This document shows, one piece after another, positions 1 through 12,170 of a stretch of 64,000 bases of DNA. How positions within the stretch are numbered: the first letter of the stretch is position 1; every line of letters starts with the position of its first letter. The stretch is taken from NCBI GenBank assembly GCA_051362555.1, contig CM120643.1, forward strand, positions 23,750,848-23,814,847, read 5' to 3'. Under the pieces are notes generated by a model. That model worked only from the letters and a program-made list of their open reading frames with translations, had not been told where the DNA came from and did no database searches. The translations under genes and the position numbers were made by a program. The DNA is from Lingula anatina (lineage: Eukaryota; Animalia; Brachiopoda).

Positions 1-10
1 TTTCCCACAG

Positions 11-1542
11 TCTATACCCACAGAGGGAGGGTACTGGTTTTATCCTGCACCCGGGCAGCCTCCAGTCTTCATCCCAGCGGTAAGATCTCTTCATGAGCTG
101 TGTACCCCTGTACATGTATATTTTACATATTTTAATATTAATATGATTGTGATATGTTGAAATATTATGTTAACAGAAGATGATGATATTTCTGTAAAAA
201 TACCTGGATGGCCTTCATTCTGTTACTGTGCAACATGTACTGTAGTATGTTCAGTGTAAAATGTAGAATTTTCATAATTGGTTTTTTTTCATAATTTGTT
301 TTTCATTGAGCTGTGTACGGTACATGTATATTTTACATGTAAATTTTAATGCTATATATTGACATTTTCATAATTGTTATTATTTTGACATGCATAAATT
401 AATTATGATGTAAAATGGCTTAATTTCCATTTTTCTCCACTGTGATATGTTGAACACCTTATTTTCATATCTAATATTATATAGAATGCATTTTTTGTAT
501 CAAAATGTAAAATTTAAAAGATTTGCAGTTGGTTAACATTTTAATATGTTGGGTTCAAAACATTTTAGCTACATTGATAAAAAAAAATAAAAACTACAAA
601 GCACTTCAACTTATGTGATAAATGCCCTAGCCCAGTTTCCTGCTTCTATTTTATACAAATTATTCCCCATCTGTCTTCTTAATCTATTTACTTGTGTTTT
701 GATATTCAGTTTGCAGGAATGCCTCCTTCCCAATTCTTTCCACAGCAACCTGGTGTCAATGGTTCAGCCAAGCCAGGCCCAACCATTAACACCTACAGTT
801 TCCCAGATGCTTCAGGTAGCATGACAGGCCTTGTACACCACCATTGTAAGTATAAAAAGTGGGAATGATGATAAACAAAATCATTGTACTGCTTGAAGTT
901 TATTGAAAAATGATGTTCAGATTAACATATAGTAAAGCCTATGAAATGGTAAAAATGTACCTTCTGTTTTTTTTGTTTTTTTTTTTTTTCTAATTTGGGT
1001 AAGCAGTCAAGTCAACATTCCTGTGTTCACTTCTGGATTTTTTCAAAATGATCATCAAGTATTGATTTTAATACCACGCAATCAGATTAGATCAGTGCTC
1101 AAACTAACAAATTGCCAGACACAATATTTGCAGTTTTCTTCTCCGAGTCATTTTCAGAAACCCAGTACTGGTACCCAGTTTATTGAATGACTTATTATAA
1201 TATATTATGAAGTTGGCTGGCTTATTCATAATTGAATAATGAGGATTGCTGTATTTTAGCTTCAGGTGGCACAACTACCATGATGAATATGCAAGGGCTG
1301 GATGGAGTACAGATAGGAGATAAGAATGTGATGTATGTGGGGGCCAGGCCACCAGGGGGCAGCACTGGAGCCAAAGGGAACCCTGGATCAAGAGTGGTTA
1401 CCAAGAAAAAAATTACAAGTAAGAACTTTATGATTTACATATATGTGTTGTTAGGTCTTTATAAATAAGACAGTTGCAGTAGCATGAAACTTGTCAAAGT
1501 CAGAATGCTGATATCCTGCATATTCCCATATCCCCCTACCAA

Positions 1543-1592
<50 letters not shown>

Positions 1593-2379
1593 GTGAAAAT
1601 TTATAGAATGGACTTTTTGGATTAAAAAATGAAATATATGTCGGTGATGAGACAACTATAAGTGTTATCTATAAAAAAACATCAATCACTTTTAACCCTG
1701 ATCATTATATTAATTTTTATAGTTAGGGCAGACAATTTTTACAATTTGGTTAAAGAGCTTTTCTAAAATTTATGTCAGTCCAACAATGTGTTATATAATA
1801 TTTTCAAAAAGAAAAAAAAATGGCACACTGTCATCATGTTCTCTAAGCACTGCCTTTTCTGGTCCATTGAATAGAGTTTTGACTAACACAAACTATGCTG
1901 ACTTCATTTTAATGAACACTGAATACACTAAATATGTAGTCCAGTTTAACACACACACACACACGCACGCACGCGCACACACACCCACCCCGTCTCAACA
2001 AGTGTTGAATATTATCCCAACAAACATAATAAGTAACACTGCCACACCTAACACACTGGCTACTGATTCATCCCGTAATGTACTCATTTCTTATACACGC
2101 ATTTCAGCCTCTTCAAGAGTTATCACTACAGATGACATCGACCTTGTGGTGCAGCATTTGGGCAGCCACTGGAAGCGCCTAGCAAGGAAGCTGGGGTTTC
2201 AAGACGGTCAGATAGACGTCATAGACTCCGACTTCGCCGTGGACGGACTTCAGGAGAAGATATACCAAATGTTAACCAGATGGAAACAGAAGGTTTCTAC
2301 TAGGGCCACGGCTAAAGCTTTGGCTGAGGCACTGTGTGAGATAGGAAAAGCTGATGTTGCTGCTGTGTTACCATTGTAA
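11..2379 (+). CDS. 3' part of a RHIM + C-terminal death-domain protein (RIPK1/IMD-like); 5' end lies upstream of the window
   Basis: Phase-consistent GT-AG exons 11-79, 710-845, 1260-1418, 2108-2379. Translation: Pro/Gly/Gln-rich linker, RHIM core GLDGVQIGDKNVMYV, then death domain (LGSHWKRLARKLGF...LQEKIYQMLTRWKQK...ATAKALAEALCEIGKADVA), stop TAA. Confidence 0.85.
1543..1592. repeat. (AAT)n microsatellite
   Basis: About 16 perfect AAT units in an intron. Confidence 0.95.
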
Positions 2380-2523
2380 ATGGACATAATAGAATACAAT
2401 GTAATCATGATGAAAATTCCAGTCAATAATGGTGTGAATTCTTTAATCTGGAATACTGACGATCATTCCCTGTATCTTGCGTTTAATTTCATCACCATTT
2501 TAGGCTGTGTTAACAGTCACATG

Positions 2524-2746
2524 CATTGGTGGATTTAGGGGGGGGGGTTCTGAAAAAAATCACACCGGTATTCCCCTCTTGAAATTAGAATTTTGACAAG
2601 CTGATGTATAAGCTAAGTCGTGCCAAACGTTACCGTTTGTCTTCTAAAATACCAAAGAATTTCACGACCCATCTGCGGGGGAAGGGGGGGGGGGCTGCTT
2701 CGCATCCGCGGACCCCCCCCTTCAAATAATCCTGGATCCGCCCCTG
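2524..2746. mobile_element. Short non-autonomous TIR element (CAGGGGCGGATCCAG-type family)
   Basis: Ends CATTGGTGGATTTAGGGG and CCTGGATCCGCCCCTG match the reverse complement of the element at 25366-25640; near-TSD ACATG. Confidence 0.6.
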
Positions 2747-3613
2747 TACATGGAGCACATGCTGTTATTGCATCATGTAAACATCAAAAGATTATCATGG
2801 GTTGTGATCAGATAAGGTATTGTCTTTTAAAGGTTATTCGATAATAAATAAGTATTTGTTCATTAGACCAAGACAAGACTAATGAGGTCTAAAATGTGTA
2901 AGACATTTTACAACAGGTACACGTAATTAGTGTATGTTGGGTTTGTCGAAGTTCCTACATGAAATTGTGTTTTTTTCATAAAATGAAATTTATAATTTAA
3001 AGGTTACACATTTGATAATAATTTCTGCAAATTAACCTTGAAAACGTGCCACAGCTGGTGAATGTGGGCAGCGCGTAACTCGAATTTTTGTAACTCTGCG
3101 TCGCTGCGTACGCATGGGTATGAGAGAACTGAATATTCACAGATACCAAGACTCGCGTGTATCACAATACGCTAACTTTGGTCAGTTAATAAACGTCGGC
3201 TTGCTAGGTGTTTAATTGTAACTTTAACAGCAGAATTGTATATATAAGAATGTTAGAATACACAAAAGCGTTTTCCTATTGTTTTCAAATATGTTTTCAT
3301 ATTACATTTCAAATATAGGCCTAGTGTTTCAGACGTGGCTTACTGTGCTTGTTTTATGAAAGGCGCTCTTAATATTACCCCTTTTCAGAATTAAAAAGAA
3401 TTATTAAAGCAATCCTCATATATTAATGGGGTATTAGTGTCTGTAAGAGAAGGAACTGTGTATACATTGTTTATGTGCTAATCTGATGTTTTAAATAAAA
3501 ATTTTCATATTAGTTTTGATGCTATATCGTCTGGTTAAGTTTATTGCTCCGTGGATTTAAAATGAAAACTCGGTTAGTTCGACATTTGTCACTTGTAGCA
3601 GATATATCAACGT

Positions 3614-4912
3614 TTATAGGATTAAATGGTAAACTAATAGACTACAGATGAAAGCCAGTAGCTTGAAATAAAACATTTCTGAATTTGCACGGTTTCTGCT
3701 GTCAATGTGTCGGTCTCCATGTGCCGGAGAACTCGCCGTAGTTTTTCCTTGTTTAGTCGTGGCAGGCGTGGTTGATGTGGATGATGTGACCTCAGGATCG
3801 TAAAGATCTATGATATCTAAAGTCGCATTATTTGCTAAAAGTGGAGGATTTACATTACAATCTTTTGACGCCATTAGAAGTTGGGAATTACTCTTTGGCG
3901 CTTTCATCCATTCGATGGCCTGTGCCATGGTAACTACCCAGACATCCTTTCTAGCCGTCATGTTTTTTAAGAACGCGTCAACGCCAGCTAGTGTGTAGTT
4001 GTTCTTCTCAAACCAAGTCGGTCGAATGAAAAGGCCCAAGGGCGCTCTCTGGCCATTGTAATGCCTCAAAAAGTTCTTCATCAGGTACCTGAAAGTGTCG
4101 TCTGCGGAGTTAGTCTGACAGTCGTCTGCTACAGCGCACGGGGCCCCATGCGTTGAAAACAAACGGTTCAGGGGGAATTCCCAGATTCCAGGATATGGAT
4201 CGGTGGGGCAATTTCCTGGTGCAATATCGCAAAGGTATTTCTCCGGCGGTACATCCAGTGTATAGGGGAACACAGCTGGCTGGTTTGCCGTGGCGTCTTC
4301 AGTTACTGGGCCCGTCACGAGTGACGAATCGTACATGAATTTTTTGTCCGCCATCATGCGAAACTGATTATTACCTCCAGGTTGAAGATACGGCACTCGC
4401 AAACCGCGAATTTCACCGGGCGGAATCCTGGCTTTTAGACTTAAAAGATACCTCTGTCCAACCATTTCTTTGACATATTCCTCATATGTAGCGTCATTCC
4501 AGAACATTTCTGGGCGTTTCATACTCATGCTATTTACGCCAATTTCGTAACCAAGGCGATAGAGCTTCTGGACGCTGGCGTAGTCTGTACGGATACGACC
4601 CTCCTCCCCAGCGTTAGACACGAAAAGAGTAACCCCAGCAGAGCAATTGTTTGGATTAACCAGGTCCCCAGGAAACAAGCGTTGATAAAAGTCAACATAT
4701 TTCGGCGTCACGGGGCCGTCGAACGAAAACACGACTAGCTGTGGAATGTCACCAGGCGGCAGTGAGAACGGCGCTTGGGTGCTGGGACATCTGCAATGGG
4801 GTGGCATACAGTTGAGCTCACTGCACAGCTCGCCTAGTGCCCCTGGCACTGCCAAACACGCCCAGATGATAACAGACAAGGCAACTCGTGACGTTAGCTC
4901 AGTCTTGGCCAT
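3614..4912 (-). CDS. Chitin deacetylase-like (CE4/NodB polysaccharide deacetylase) protein, 432 aa, secreted, GPI-type tail, probably catalytically inactive
   Basis: Single ORF. Signal peptide; CSELNCMPPHCRC, NPNNC, RVPYL, YDSS and CPTDPYPGIWEFP motifs typical of arthropod-type CDAs; Ser/Thr stalk; hydrophobic C-terminus. TFDD->SFDG, HxxxH->NSMSM. Confidence 0.9.
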   Translation of the reverse strand: MAKTELTSRVALSVIIWACLAVPGALGELCSELNCMPPHCRCPSTQAPFSLPPGDIPQLVVFSFDGPVTPKYVDFYQRLFPGDLVNPNNCSAGVTLFVSNAGEEGRIRTDYASVQKLYRLGYEIGVNSMSMKRPEMFWNDATYEEYVKEMVGQRYLLSLKARIPPGEIRGLRVPYLQPGGNNQFRMMADKKFMYDSSLVTGPVTEDATANQPAVFPYTLDVPPEKYLCDIAPGNCPTDPYPGIWEFPLNRLFSTHGAPCAVADDCQTNSADDTFRYLMKNFLRHYNGQRAPLGLFIRPTWFEKNNYTLAGVDAFLKNMTARKDVWVVTMAQAIEWMKAPKSNSQLLMASKDCNVNPPLLANNATLDIIDLYDPEVTSSTSTTPATTKQGKTTASSPAHGDRHIDSRNRANSEMFYFKLLAFICSLLVYHLIL

Positions 4913-6546
4913 CTTGAATAAAAATCATTATTTTGTTCAGCTTGAAATAAGATTCAAGACACATGCCACGCTTCGGCTATAGCTGTTAAGTGCATTTTTC
5001 ATCGTGTGCAAAGATACTTGGGTTAAATTTAAATGCGTTTGTCAGCTTGATGTCATTTTAATTGGCGTTAATGTTCAATTTATGTGCGGTTGGCAGGTTG
5101 TGTCTAGGCGAAGTGGAGGGTTCTGCTTGGAGATAGGCAACATTATCTTTCTCCAACTTGAGGGCCCGTGGTATCTTTTATCACGGTTTTTGTGGGAATT
5201 ACATCTACCTGCCTCTTTTTCATTTTTCCCTTTTAGTGATATGAAGGTAAAAAAAGTGATTCATCTGATTTCTGTCTTATATTCGACTTTGATGTAATTT
5301 TTTTAGCTAGTGTTCACAATTAAATATCATCTGCATATTGAAATTATTTCTTCTCGAAGATAACTTTCGAAATGGGGCATAATACCAAAGGCAAGTTGAG
5401 CAATTATTTTACAATACCAGAACATGAATTTAAGGATGAAAAATAAGCCACATATGTTTAAAATGTCTTATTTCATCGCCCATTACGAAAAGGCATTAAG
5501 TCTAAGTATATGTTTTAATATTTATGTAATTAAAAAAACATATGAAGAGAATTAAATATACTGTGATCCCGTTTCTTTTCATGAAGCTGCAAGTTTGTTG
5601 ATTATTGGTTCTTTGCGTAAGTTATGACTCTGGGCGTATCTTTATTAGTTACTAATTATAATTTAGGACAACATATGTTACATGTATATGGTGGACTGGT
5701 TACATTGTCGGTGTTAAGGAAACAATATTACTCGCCCTTTGTCGTAAATACGTTGTCTATATCGTTGTCTATATATGTCTTAACGCTTCTTCGACCGATC
5801 TTAGTGGCAGTCGTGGGTTTAAATAGGCGCTTCCAAAACTGGAGAATGCACTCTAATGGTTTTTCTATAATAAAAGTGGTTGTGAAAACAAAGAAGCTCG
5901 CACAAGCACGCGCGCACACTCACAAACACACTCGCAAACACAAACACGCGCCTTTGAATTGGCGAGGAGCAGATGTCGTGAAATGACGCTACTGCCCAAC
6001 ATCACCACTCCCGAACAAAACGTATGCCAATATCAGTAAACGTCAAAGTGTCAAAAAGGGGTGTGGGGTGGGTGTGGTAAGCGGCCTCGAAATGTTGAGC
6101 TTCAAAAAAAAAAAAAAAAAAAAGGTACGCTGTTGTGTATTAGTAGGTCAAAAACTGGCACCATAAGATATGCGTCTACAAAATGTTTTGTATCTTAGTA
6201 TTCAGTATGGAGCAAAGGTTATTTTAGCTTTGTATTTACTTAGCAGTATCATAAAGTTTGATAAAAGCCTATATTGCCCGAACTGCTGTTGTGGGCTAAA
6301 ATAAATGAACTTTGAGCGTTCAACTGAATACAGGTTATCAGTGGGTCAAATACTGGGATGATCGGAAAATACTACGTTGTGTTCATTAAATATTCCGAAT
6401 TCGGTTAAGCCTGAGGTAAGGTTACTTAAACAGAGTAGGCTACCTGCTTACTCAGATGGATAATGAAATTTGTCAAAGAAAGTAGGCCTATATATCTCGG
6501 CTTTGTTGCAGAGGGCCAAGGCCGGAGAAGGGGGTGGAAATTGATA

Positions 6547-6579
<33 letters not shown>

Positions 6580-8111
6580 GGGGGGGGGGGGGGGGAGTGC
6601 ACGGCTTACTCCAGTCTCTAATTTTTTTTTTTTTTGCGACATATCATATATTTAATTTTAACAAATAATTTCAAAATTTATGAAAAATATTCTATTTTAG
6701 CTCTATCCCTTCTGTTCCATGGTTCCTGGAAATCTACCTGCTACTCGTTGCATGGAACGCTTTCTGTATTCACAAAAATTATAGCGAAGGCCGTCGTTTT
6801 GGTTATTCACCAATGACACTACTCTATCTTCTTTCCCGTTGATATGAATCATGAATTGTTAGAACTGTAGTGCCGAATTACCTTTCAGACCATCGTGGAA
6901 CTACGTCGCGTCGATTGTTGGTTTTAAAATTAAAATTGTTTCATGCATCATAAAACAGCTTCATGTTGGTTTAATCAAACGAACCTACGTGCTTGTACGC
7001 ACGCGTGCGTACCCATATGTGTGTGCGCATGTGCTTTCCCCAGTGCGAAATCAAGGGTCAAAAAATGGGTCATCGTACGAGAACTGGGTCATTAAGTGTA
7101 CACAATATACGACAACAGGTAAATATAATACGCATGTATTAAAACCACGCCAGCCCCGAGGTCAAAAAGTGGGTCGCTAATACTGTACCATGAATAAAAC
7201 GATAAATGTAACGAAGGAGATATATTCATTATATATCTTCTTGGTCAACTAAAATCACAACAGCCTTGTGTTTTCAGTTTATTTATCTGCAGCAATCACT
7301 ACACAGTGCGACCTTACACCCAGCTGAGTTTGACCAGAACATTACATGTGGTCTTGAGTGCTCTATACTGAAAACGGGGAACACCATGGCACATTCACAG
7401 GTAAAATATACCTAGACTGCATGTCTTTAAAAGCAGAAAAGGGAATTTTAAGAACAGAAATATAACGGCATTGTGATTGATTGGTATTGTATAATATAGT
7501 TTTGTCATGCTGGCAGCGTCTGTATAAAATTATTGTCGCATCGTGCTGAGAAAAATATCGAAATTTAAGACCATGTCTTGAGTCCCCCAGAGCACGCTAT
7601 GACAATGTTTATGTTAAAGAGGCAGTGATTTGATTGAATGGAAAAGATCGTGCATGAACGTGGACATTAATTGTAAAATATCGACTCTGTAAAGAGATCA
7701 CAATCTGTTCTAATAGTGTATTTAGCGCCCATTTCCCGTTTTATAGTTCATAGCTTTATGTACATTGAATGGCGGGGTTAAATTCAGCAAATGTGCAGCA
7801 TCTTTTGCTCAAGATAAATGCATTTCAATTTAATTTCTATTCCGAGGAACAACGATGCCTTGCAGGAAGATTTCAGTCTTATGTCACTGCTTTATATACA
7901 TGTCATATATTCTGCAGCTACATGTCTGCACTATACCTATTATAAATGGATTTTCTCCACTGTTATCAAGAAGATGATAATGAGCCATATATATGAACAG
8001 AACTAGCTTCCCCAATATTATCGATTGGTTTAACGATGGCTGATAGCCAAACGATCTGACTTGGTGTATTATTTAGTTGCAAGTGTATTTGTGTGTGTGT
8101 ATTTGCAGATA

Positions 8112-11100
8112 ATGAACCTCTATATCATCGTCCCTGCGTTACTCCTCGCGAATACCAACGCGGCAACTTCGCCGAACATTGTGATATTCCTAGCAGACGA
8201 CACGGGCATTGGGGACATCGGTTGCTTTGGAAACAAGACGCTACGAACGCCAAACATCGACAATATCGCTGCGAGAGGGCTCAAGATGACCCAGCACCTT
8301 ACTTCGGAAGCCACGTGTACTCCGAGCCGAGCTTCACTGCTAACTAGCCGATACCCGATACGGTCAGGTAAGCATGGATGAGATAAGTGGTTGTGTATTT
8401 CCTCGATTCTTCTATAAATTACCGAGTGTTTGTCTGCTTTCTATGATCCCCTTGTTTAATGTTTGTCTGCCTCAGGTCTGCCAGTCTGCATTGTCTAATA
8501 CGTCTATTATAGTATTCAAACAGAAAACAAGTTCAACAGGATAGGAAAACGAAAAACATTTCTACATGTAAATATTCCACCCTTCATATAGTCCTCCGTT
8601 TCTTTCTCCTTGAATTGTCTTGAGCAATAGTATATCCACTACCGGCTTGCTAGGCCTGTCGCAGTTTCACCAGAGCCCCGTTAGCCGGTCGTTTCAGGGT
8701 GACCCGGGATGGTCTTCATGGCTACCGTAGCGGCCATGTGAGTTAAACCCACGATAAACATCTTCCAAACCCAGCAATCCCTTACTTTGACCGCATCCAC
8801 CTCCCACGACAATGGACGAGGTGTTGGACTTTGGGAGGCGGAAGACCGAGAAAGAAGTGGGTTGATGGAGATGATCTTACAATCAAACAACATCCCACTC
8901 AACCAAGCATTTCAGCTGGCCAGAGACAGATAACTCCAACTCTTTCTCCCCTCGACACCCTAAAGGGTACAAGAAGGATGAAAAAAATATAGTCCTTACT
9001 TATTTGTTTTATGAATCTTTTTGTTGCTATGCAGTCTTTTCTGAACTCCAGCTTACACATAGGGCCAATTAGAGCTCAAGTTGGGTCCCATATAAAACAT
9101 CCCGGTGTCCATATAGACTTGCTAACAGGGTAGGGTTTTGATTTATCGCAAACCGTTTTACAAATAATGTATATTACATATAATGCCACATTTTGTATAA
9201 AAATCCCTGTTTTCTCTTAGGTCTTGCCAGCCCTACCGGTATGCCTATAATAACCAATGTGGCGAGTCCTGCCGGGCTTCCGCCCAATGAGACCACCTTC
9301 GCCAACCTCCTTCAAGACAAGGGATACGTCAACGCGTTTATTGGTCAGTAGTGGCATTGACGCAAATTAACGCTATAATCGTTACTTGGTTTGAAGGACG
9401 TCAATTAAAGTGAATAAACAAGCAGATTAATACATACAAATTACGAAAAAATTAAGACAATGAAAGAAATTATGTCGCAATAATCAAAATAAGCATAGTG
9501 GAAATGCAACGCCAAAGGCTGGTTAGACAAAAGGGCAAGTTCTCTTCAGGAAAATAGTGATGCTTTGTTGAAAATTAACAGGTTCTCCACTGAAATCTCA
9601 ACTCTTCTGTGACTTTTAATATGCCTTAATTCTCCTTAAATCACATCACATATGAATGCCTATTTTCTGTTTTTTTTTTTTTTTAAGGTAAATGGCATCT
9701 GGGATTGAATTGCGAGAAAAATGGCGACCACTGTCATCACCCAAACCGCTTCGGGTTCGACCTTTTTTACGGCATGGTCATGACCAATGCCAGGCTCTTT
9801 GATCCTGGTTGGGATTACGAAGTTGTCTTTAGGGTTCGACCGAACAGAGTGCAACAGGTTGCAATAGTGTATGTCGTAGGCCTACTTGCCGGCGCCGTTC
9901 TGAAGCGCCTCGGCGCCATCGGTACAAGGGGGTTCCGTCTATACGCCTTCCTCGTGACTTTACTCCCAATTTACACCTTTTTGCTTTTGATAAGTTGGCC
10001 ATGGCTAAACGGTGTGTGGCACAGGAATGGGGACGTGGTCGAACAGCCGATCAATTTTCAGAACATGACGAAACGGCTTGTCATGGAAGGAACAGACTTT
10101 TTGGAGGAAAGGAGCCAGGATAAGAAACCTTTCTTACTGTTCATGTCCTGGCTCCAGACACACACGTTTCTTCATACCGCGAAGGAATTTGAAGGGGTAC
10201 GTAGCTTTGAATGTGTATAGTGTTGGATGCATGAATGTTGTGCATTTTATCGCACATTGGGCAAATATTAATTGTATTGTAAATAGTGCATTGCGTTTAT
10301 CACTTATGTGACCTTGACTTCATCGGTTTCTAAAGAAACAACAACAATCAAGATCATCCATTTAATGACAATTATGGCAATGGTTTGAGGACGCCAAATT
10401 GATCTAGCACTATAAATTCATCAAGACTGAAAGATGTCAATACTGTTTCCTTTTAAATCGCCCCAATTTTTCACCCCACCCCTTGTGACTCCCAAAAACC
10501 TGCTTGAAATGTTCCCTTCAGTTCCATTCAGAGGGAATCAGGTTATCAAAGAAATATTTAAAATTCAACTGGATAAATATTTTTTGACGAATATGCATGT
10601 ATTCCACAGCAGACAAAATCCCATTTCTCACAATCTAAAGCTAGCAAACCGAATGTGCTTTCCTTTAATTTTTAAAAAGACACAGCCTTAATTCCAGGTC
10701 GCCCTGCACAGCCCGTACGGCGATAACGTAGAGGAGATGGACTGGGGGATAGGGGAGATCATGAAGGCTCTGGACAGACTAAACCTCTCTGACAACACCC
10801 TCATCTACTTCACCTCCGACAACGGCGGCCATATTGAAGAAAAAGATCGCCTTGGTAATCGGGCAGGAGGTCACAATGGGATCTATAGAGGTACATCGGT
10901 AGTAGGACATGTAAAGATAAATGCAAATGTCTGTTGTGTTAGAGTTGGATGTGTTTGGTGTGACACTGCACAAAATGGACATTTCATCCATTTTTTAGTG
11001 TTTTAAAAATCACAAACCTAAATTATGGATGGATAAACCTACATTCTTGTCCAAAGCCATGTCGTTTCTATTTTGCATGCATCTTTTATTTGTTAACTTG

Positions 11101-12170
11101 TAGATATTCCATTAAAATTGATTATGTTAATATATTTGTAATAATGCCACACATTGTTTGACCTCTGTGTCATTAAGTCTAAATTCTAAATAATGGAGGA
11201 CATCTATTAGAAACAATTTTACATTTTAAGTTAATACAGTACATACAAGGGTAGGGCCTAAGCATTTTATAATATCGAATTACATATCAAATAACAGCAC
11301 GTTTTATCTCATGTCACGTATTTCTATCACAATTTCCCCCAGGCAGCAAGTTCCAGGGCTCCATGGACGGTGGTATCCGTGTCCCCACTGCATTCATGTG
11401 GCCAGGGCATATACCCGCAGGTACCGTCACGGACGAGCCAACTTCCCAGATGGACATCCTTCCTACACTGGCCGATGTGGTAGGGTATCCGGTGCCCAAA
11501 GACAGGGCCATTGACGGCAAGAACATCTGGCCTCTGATCACGGGAAGGGCAAAGATGTCGCCCCATGAAGTGATGTTCCACTACTGTGGTATGACAATTC
11601 AAGCAGCGAGATATCGCCCGCGCGGTGAAGGTGAGTGTTATGCCCTGCCTGCTGGAACTGGTTCCACAAAGGAACTTTAGCCCTAAATTTGGTCAAATAT
11701 AGTCTACCTCTACACAACTAACCCACAAGTGTATGTATACATCTATAACCTTGAATAAAACACACCTATCGATTATTTTTTCCACAGAGAACGCCGTGTA
11801 CAAGCTATATTATGCTCGCCCAAACTGGAACCCCGGTACCGAAGGGTGTGACTTCATGTGCTCGTGTCTTGACGTGACTTGGCTGGACCGCCCGCAGCTC
11901 TTCAACGTTGCCATTGATCCTTCGGAAAAATCACCGTTGGACATCAACGCCAAGAAACACGTTGAGATAATCAAACATATCAATAAAGCCAAAACCGAGC
12001 ACGAAAAAAATCGAAATGAACCAAAACCGCAAATGGAATTTTTCAAGGCCGCCTTTCGACCTTGGCTGCAGCCGCTGTGCAGTGGAGATCACTTCCGATT
12101 GTCCTGCGCAGACCCAAAGTATGGCGCGAACACTTCATGGCCTGAAGTAGTCTGGCCACCAAAATCGTAA
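8112..12170 (+). CDS. Steroid sulfatase / arylsulfatase D-E-F-H family protein
   Basis: Exons 8112-8367, 9221-9343, 9688-10196, 10698-10890, 11343-11630, 11788-12170. [10 protein letters not shown], formylglycine motif [20 protein letters not shown], two-helix hydrophobic hairpin, [14 protein letters not shown]. Confidence 0.92.
8760..8981 (+). mobile_element. Decayed 3' end of an RTE-clade LINE (possibly the tail of a SINE)
   Basis: Frameshifted [12 protein letters not shown]...[14 protein letters not shown] resembles the RTE ORF C-terminus; lies in the first coding intron of the sulfatase gene. Confidence 0.45.

Noticed and set aside
1786-2107. N-terminal half of the 197-aa ORF
   Set aside because: Intron read-through with CA repeats; the real acceptor is at 2107/2108.
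3614-4912. Deacetylase as bacterial contamination or recent horizontal transfer
   Set aside because: The Cys framework, motifs, signal peptide and GPI-type tail are animal CDA-like, and a possible splice acceptor (TTTTATTCAAG) abuts the ATG.
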